Under the pieces are notes generated by a model that saw only the letters and a program-made list of their open reading frames with translations, had not been told where the DNA came from and did no database searches. From an uncultured Bifidobacterium sp. (GTDB taxonomy: Bacteria; Pseudomonadota; Gammaproteobacteria; Burkholderiales; Burkholderiaceae_D), in the NCBI GenBank assembly GCA_964639465.1, contig CAZXDB010000004.1, forward strand, positions 29,601 through 93,600: a stretch of DNA of 64,000 nt, read 5' to 3'. A program made the position numbers and the translations under genes. Shown one piece after another: positions 62,177 through 64,000 of this stretch. Each line of letters begins with the position of its first letter. The stretch's first letter is position 1.

Positions 62177-62818
62177 ATGGTCAATAGGCGTTCAGCACCC
62201 CTGGCGGCGGCCCCGAATGAAGAGGCGGTTGGTGGTGATGGTTTGGCGATAGCGCGCTATCTTGGCGCTACCCTACGCGAGAAGCGGCTGGCTCACGACC
62301 TGACGATTGCCGAGGTATCGAAGCTGGCGGGCATCTCGCGCGGGATGTTGTCCAAGATCGAGAACGGGCAGTGCGCGACCAGTCTGGATACTTTGCACAG
62401 ATTGGCGCGCTCGCTCGGGCTTTCGCTATCGGCACTGTTTCGTGATGTGGATATGATCGAGGGTAACGCGCAACTGGTGCGCGCCGGTGAGGGCATGGAG
62501 GTGGTGCGGCGCGGTACTCGCTCGGGCCATACTTACCGTTTGTTGGCCTATGACCAAGGCCCGGAAAAGCTTTTCGAGCCTTTCCTGATTAGCCTGGACG
62601 ATGCCTCCGAGGTGTTCCCCACCTTTCAGCATCCGGGTACCGAGCTGATTTATATGCTGCAAGGACGCATGACCTACCGCCACGGCAATGAGACCTATGA
62701 GATCGGGCCCGGCGACACCCTGACCTTCCGCGGCGACGTACCGCACGGCCCTGAGGTGCTGAGCGAGACGCCGACGCTGTTTTTGGCAATCATCATCTAT
62801 GGCAGGGGGCGCGAGTGA
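62177..62818 (+). CDS. XRE-family HTH transcriptional regulator with a C-terminal cupin domain
   Basis: 213 aa. The HTH region is LTIAEVSKLAGISRGMLSKIENGQ and the cupin motif is HPGTELIYMLQG...GDTLTF. It is divergent from mgdA with a 53-62 nt gap. Confidence 0.85.
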   Translation: MVNRRSAPLAAAPNEEAVGGDGLAIARYLGATLREKRLAHDLTIAEVSKLAGISRGMLSKIENGQCATSLDTLHRLARSLGLSLSALFRDVDMIEGNAQLVRAGEGMEVVRRGTRSGHTYRLLAYDQGPEKLFEPFLISLDDASEVFPTFQHPGTELIYMLQGRMTYRHGNETYEIGPGDTLTFRGDVPHGPEVLSETPTLFLAIIIYGRGRE

Positions 62819-63297
62819 GCGAGAATAAGGTGGTTATTGAGCATGCCAGTAGTGCCGACATTCCGGCATTGGTTGGCTTGCTTGCTGCACTGTTTGGTAT
62901 TGAGCAGGATTTCAAGCCTGACACCGAGCGCCAAAGACGCGGTTTGGCTGGGGTCTTGACCAGCCCGAACGCCTGCATCATGGTTGCTCGCTCGGCGCAA
63001 GGAGAAGCGATCGCCATGTGCTCAGCGCAATTGGTGTTTTCAACAGCAGAAGGTGCGCACTCGGCATGGATTGAGGACATGGTGGTGCATGAGGCTTGGC
63101 GCGGGCACGGCATCGGCCGTCATGTATTAGAGGCTGTCCTAGTTTGGGCCAGCGAGCGTGGCGCTACGCGTGCACAGCTGCTGGCAGATTTGGACAATCA
63201 ACCGGCGCTTGATTACTACCAGCACCTTGGCTGGGACGAGACACGACTGATCGCGCGTCGCTTGAGTCTGCAACTACGCCCGCGACACTCGGATTAG
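62815..63297 (+). CDS. GNAT-family N-acetyltransferase
   Basis: 160 aa. A GTGA overlap links it to the regulator gene. The acetyl-CoA motif region reads VVHEAWRGHGIGRHVLEAV. Confidence 0.8.
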   Translation: MSENKVVIEHASSADIPALVGLLAALFGIEQDFKPDTERQRRGLAGVLTSPNACIMVARSAQGEAIAMCSAQLVFSTAEGAHSAWIEDMVVHEAWRGHGIGRHVLEAVLVWASERGATRAQLLADLDNQPALDYYQHLGWDETRLIARRLSLQLRPRHSD

Positions 63298-63475
63298 CGT
63301 GCGCTGGCTACTGACAACTGACCAAAAAAGCAAGAAGATAAAACTGCTTGCCTTGTCATGGTGTCAGAAGTAAATTCGAATTTGCAGGTCATGTCGTGCT
63401 GAGCTCAAGGTACAAGGCGGGAATCTTCTTGACCAATGTCTTCATGGTATTCAAGGTCCTCGCTGGCATAGGAAG

Positions 63476-63799
63476 TTGGTCGCGGGCTTCAAAATATTTT
63501 TAATGAGGGGAATCGCGTTGAGTTATAAAAAAATTATGGTTGCTCTGTGCAGCTCTCTGGGGTCTGGGTTTGCAATGGCCCACGGTGCTTCTCACGACCA
63601 TACCCATACACTGCTCGAGTCACCAGTCGTTTTTTTGTGCTTGATTGTGTGTGTTGGCGTTGGCGCCGCTATCTCTCAATCAATAGCGCGAGCAACTCGT
63701 GCAATTCCGATTGAAATAGATCGCCGAGGCGATAGAAACCCTTGGGTCATTGGCTGTGTCGCGTTGTGTGCTACTGGCTTCTGCGACCCCGCTGATTAA
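63476..63799 (+). CDS. hypothetical small membrane protein with a His-rich segment
   Basis: The ORF has a TTG start, with internal ATGs at 63503 and 63536. It has a signal-like LCSSLGSGFAMA, then HGASHDHTH, then a TM segment. I recognise no family. Confidence 0.3.
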   Translation: MVAGFKIFLMRGIALSYKKIMVALCSSLGSGFAMAHGASHDHTHTLLESPVVFLCLIVCVGVGAAISQSIARATRAIPIEIDRRGDRNPWVIGCVALCATGFCDPAD

Positions 63800-63810
63800 T
63801 GTCCCATTAC

Positions 63811-64000
63811 ATGACCTCGTTCGAAGTTAGCTCGACCAATTTTGAAGCGCTTGTCGATACAAGCGAGACGCTGATCCTGCGCTTTGTGTTGTGCGACACC
63901 GAAATGTTGGAGGATCGAGTACTGGCTAGCCTCGTTCCCTCCGCGGTGATCGCACATTGCAATGTCAAGCAGGAGCCTGCACTGGCTCTAAAATTCGGTG
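63811..64000 (+). CDS. thioredoxin-fold protein (partial; continues beyond the window)
   Basis: Hand translation gives MTSFEVSSTNFEALVDTSETLILRFV...NVKQEPALALKFG, which resembles the thioredoxin/YbbN-like layout. No CxxC motif is seen in the visible part. Confidence 0.4.
   Translation, partial: MTSFEVSSTNFEALVDTSETLILRFVLCDTEMLEDRVLASLVPSAVIAHCNVKQEPALALKFG

Overview
This 64-kb chromosomal window looks betaproteobacterial. That is my inference from gene order and protein sequences and cannot be verified here. All coordinates and hairpins were indexed by hand, so expect about +/-2 nt on non-coding features.

(1) 1-29.2 kb is mostly housekeeping. It holds acyl-CoA ligase, phasin, folE, a PQQ-type dehydrogenase, beta-propeller and cytochrome c trio, ahpCF, malate synthase G, and the replication-origin block gyrB-dnaN-dnaA divergent from rpmH-rnpA-yidD-yidC-mnmE.

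(2) 29.3-34.7 kb is a patch of gene decay. It contains a signal-peptide-bearing acetamidase/formamidase-family gene, an orphan cytochrome oxidase subunit I with an in-frame TGA, and a methyltransferase remnant. It also has an intact fmdB zinc-ribbon gene next to a 3' stump of formamidase fmdA. The stump abuts a multiply disrupted IS701-like transposase.

(3) 34.9-63.3 kb is a contiguous nitrogen-scavenging supercluster.
- A leader with an intrinsic terminator precedes a Urt-type ABC transporter and aliphatic amidase amiE. These are followed by a CbbQ/NorQ-type AAA+ plus NorD/CbbO-type VWA pair, then the AmiC/AmiR (ANTAR) regulators.
- A urease cluster follows in the unusual order ureE-ureF-ureAB(fused)-ureC-ureG-ureD.
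- A complete N-methylglutamate pathway for methylamine follows on the minus strand (mgdABCD-gmaS-mgsABC) with an appended class-I glutamine amidotransferase.

The least explained element is the AAA+/VWA pair embedded in the amidase regulon with no known client nearby. I saw no rRNA, tRNA or CRISPR array.
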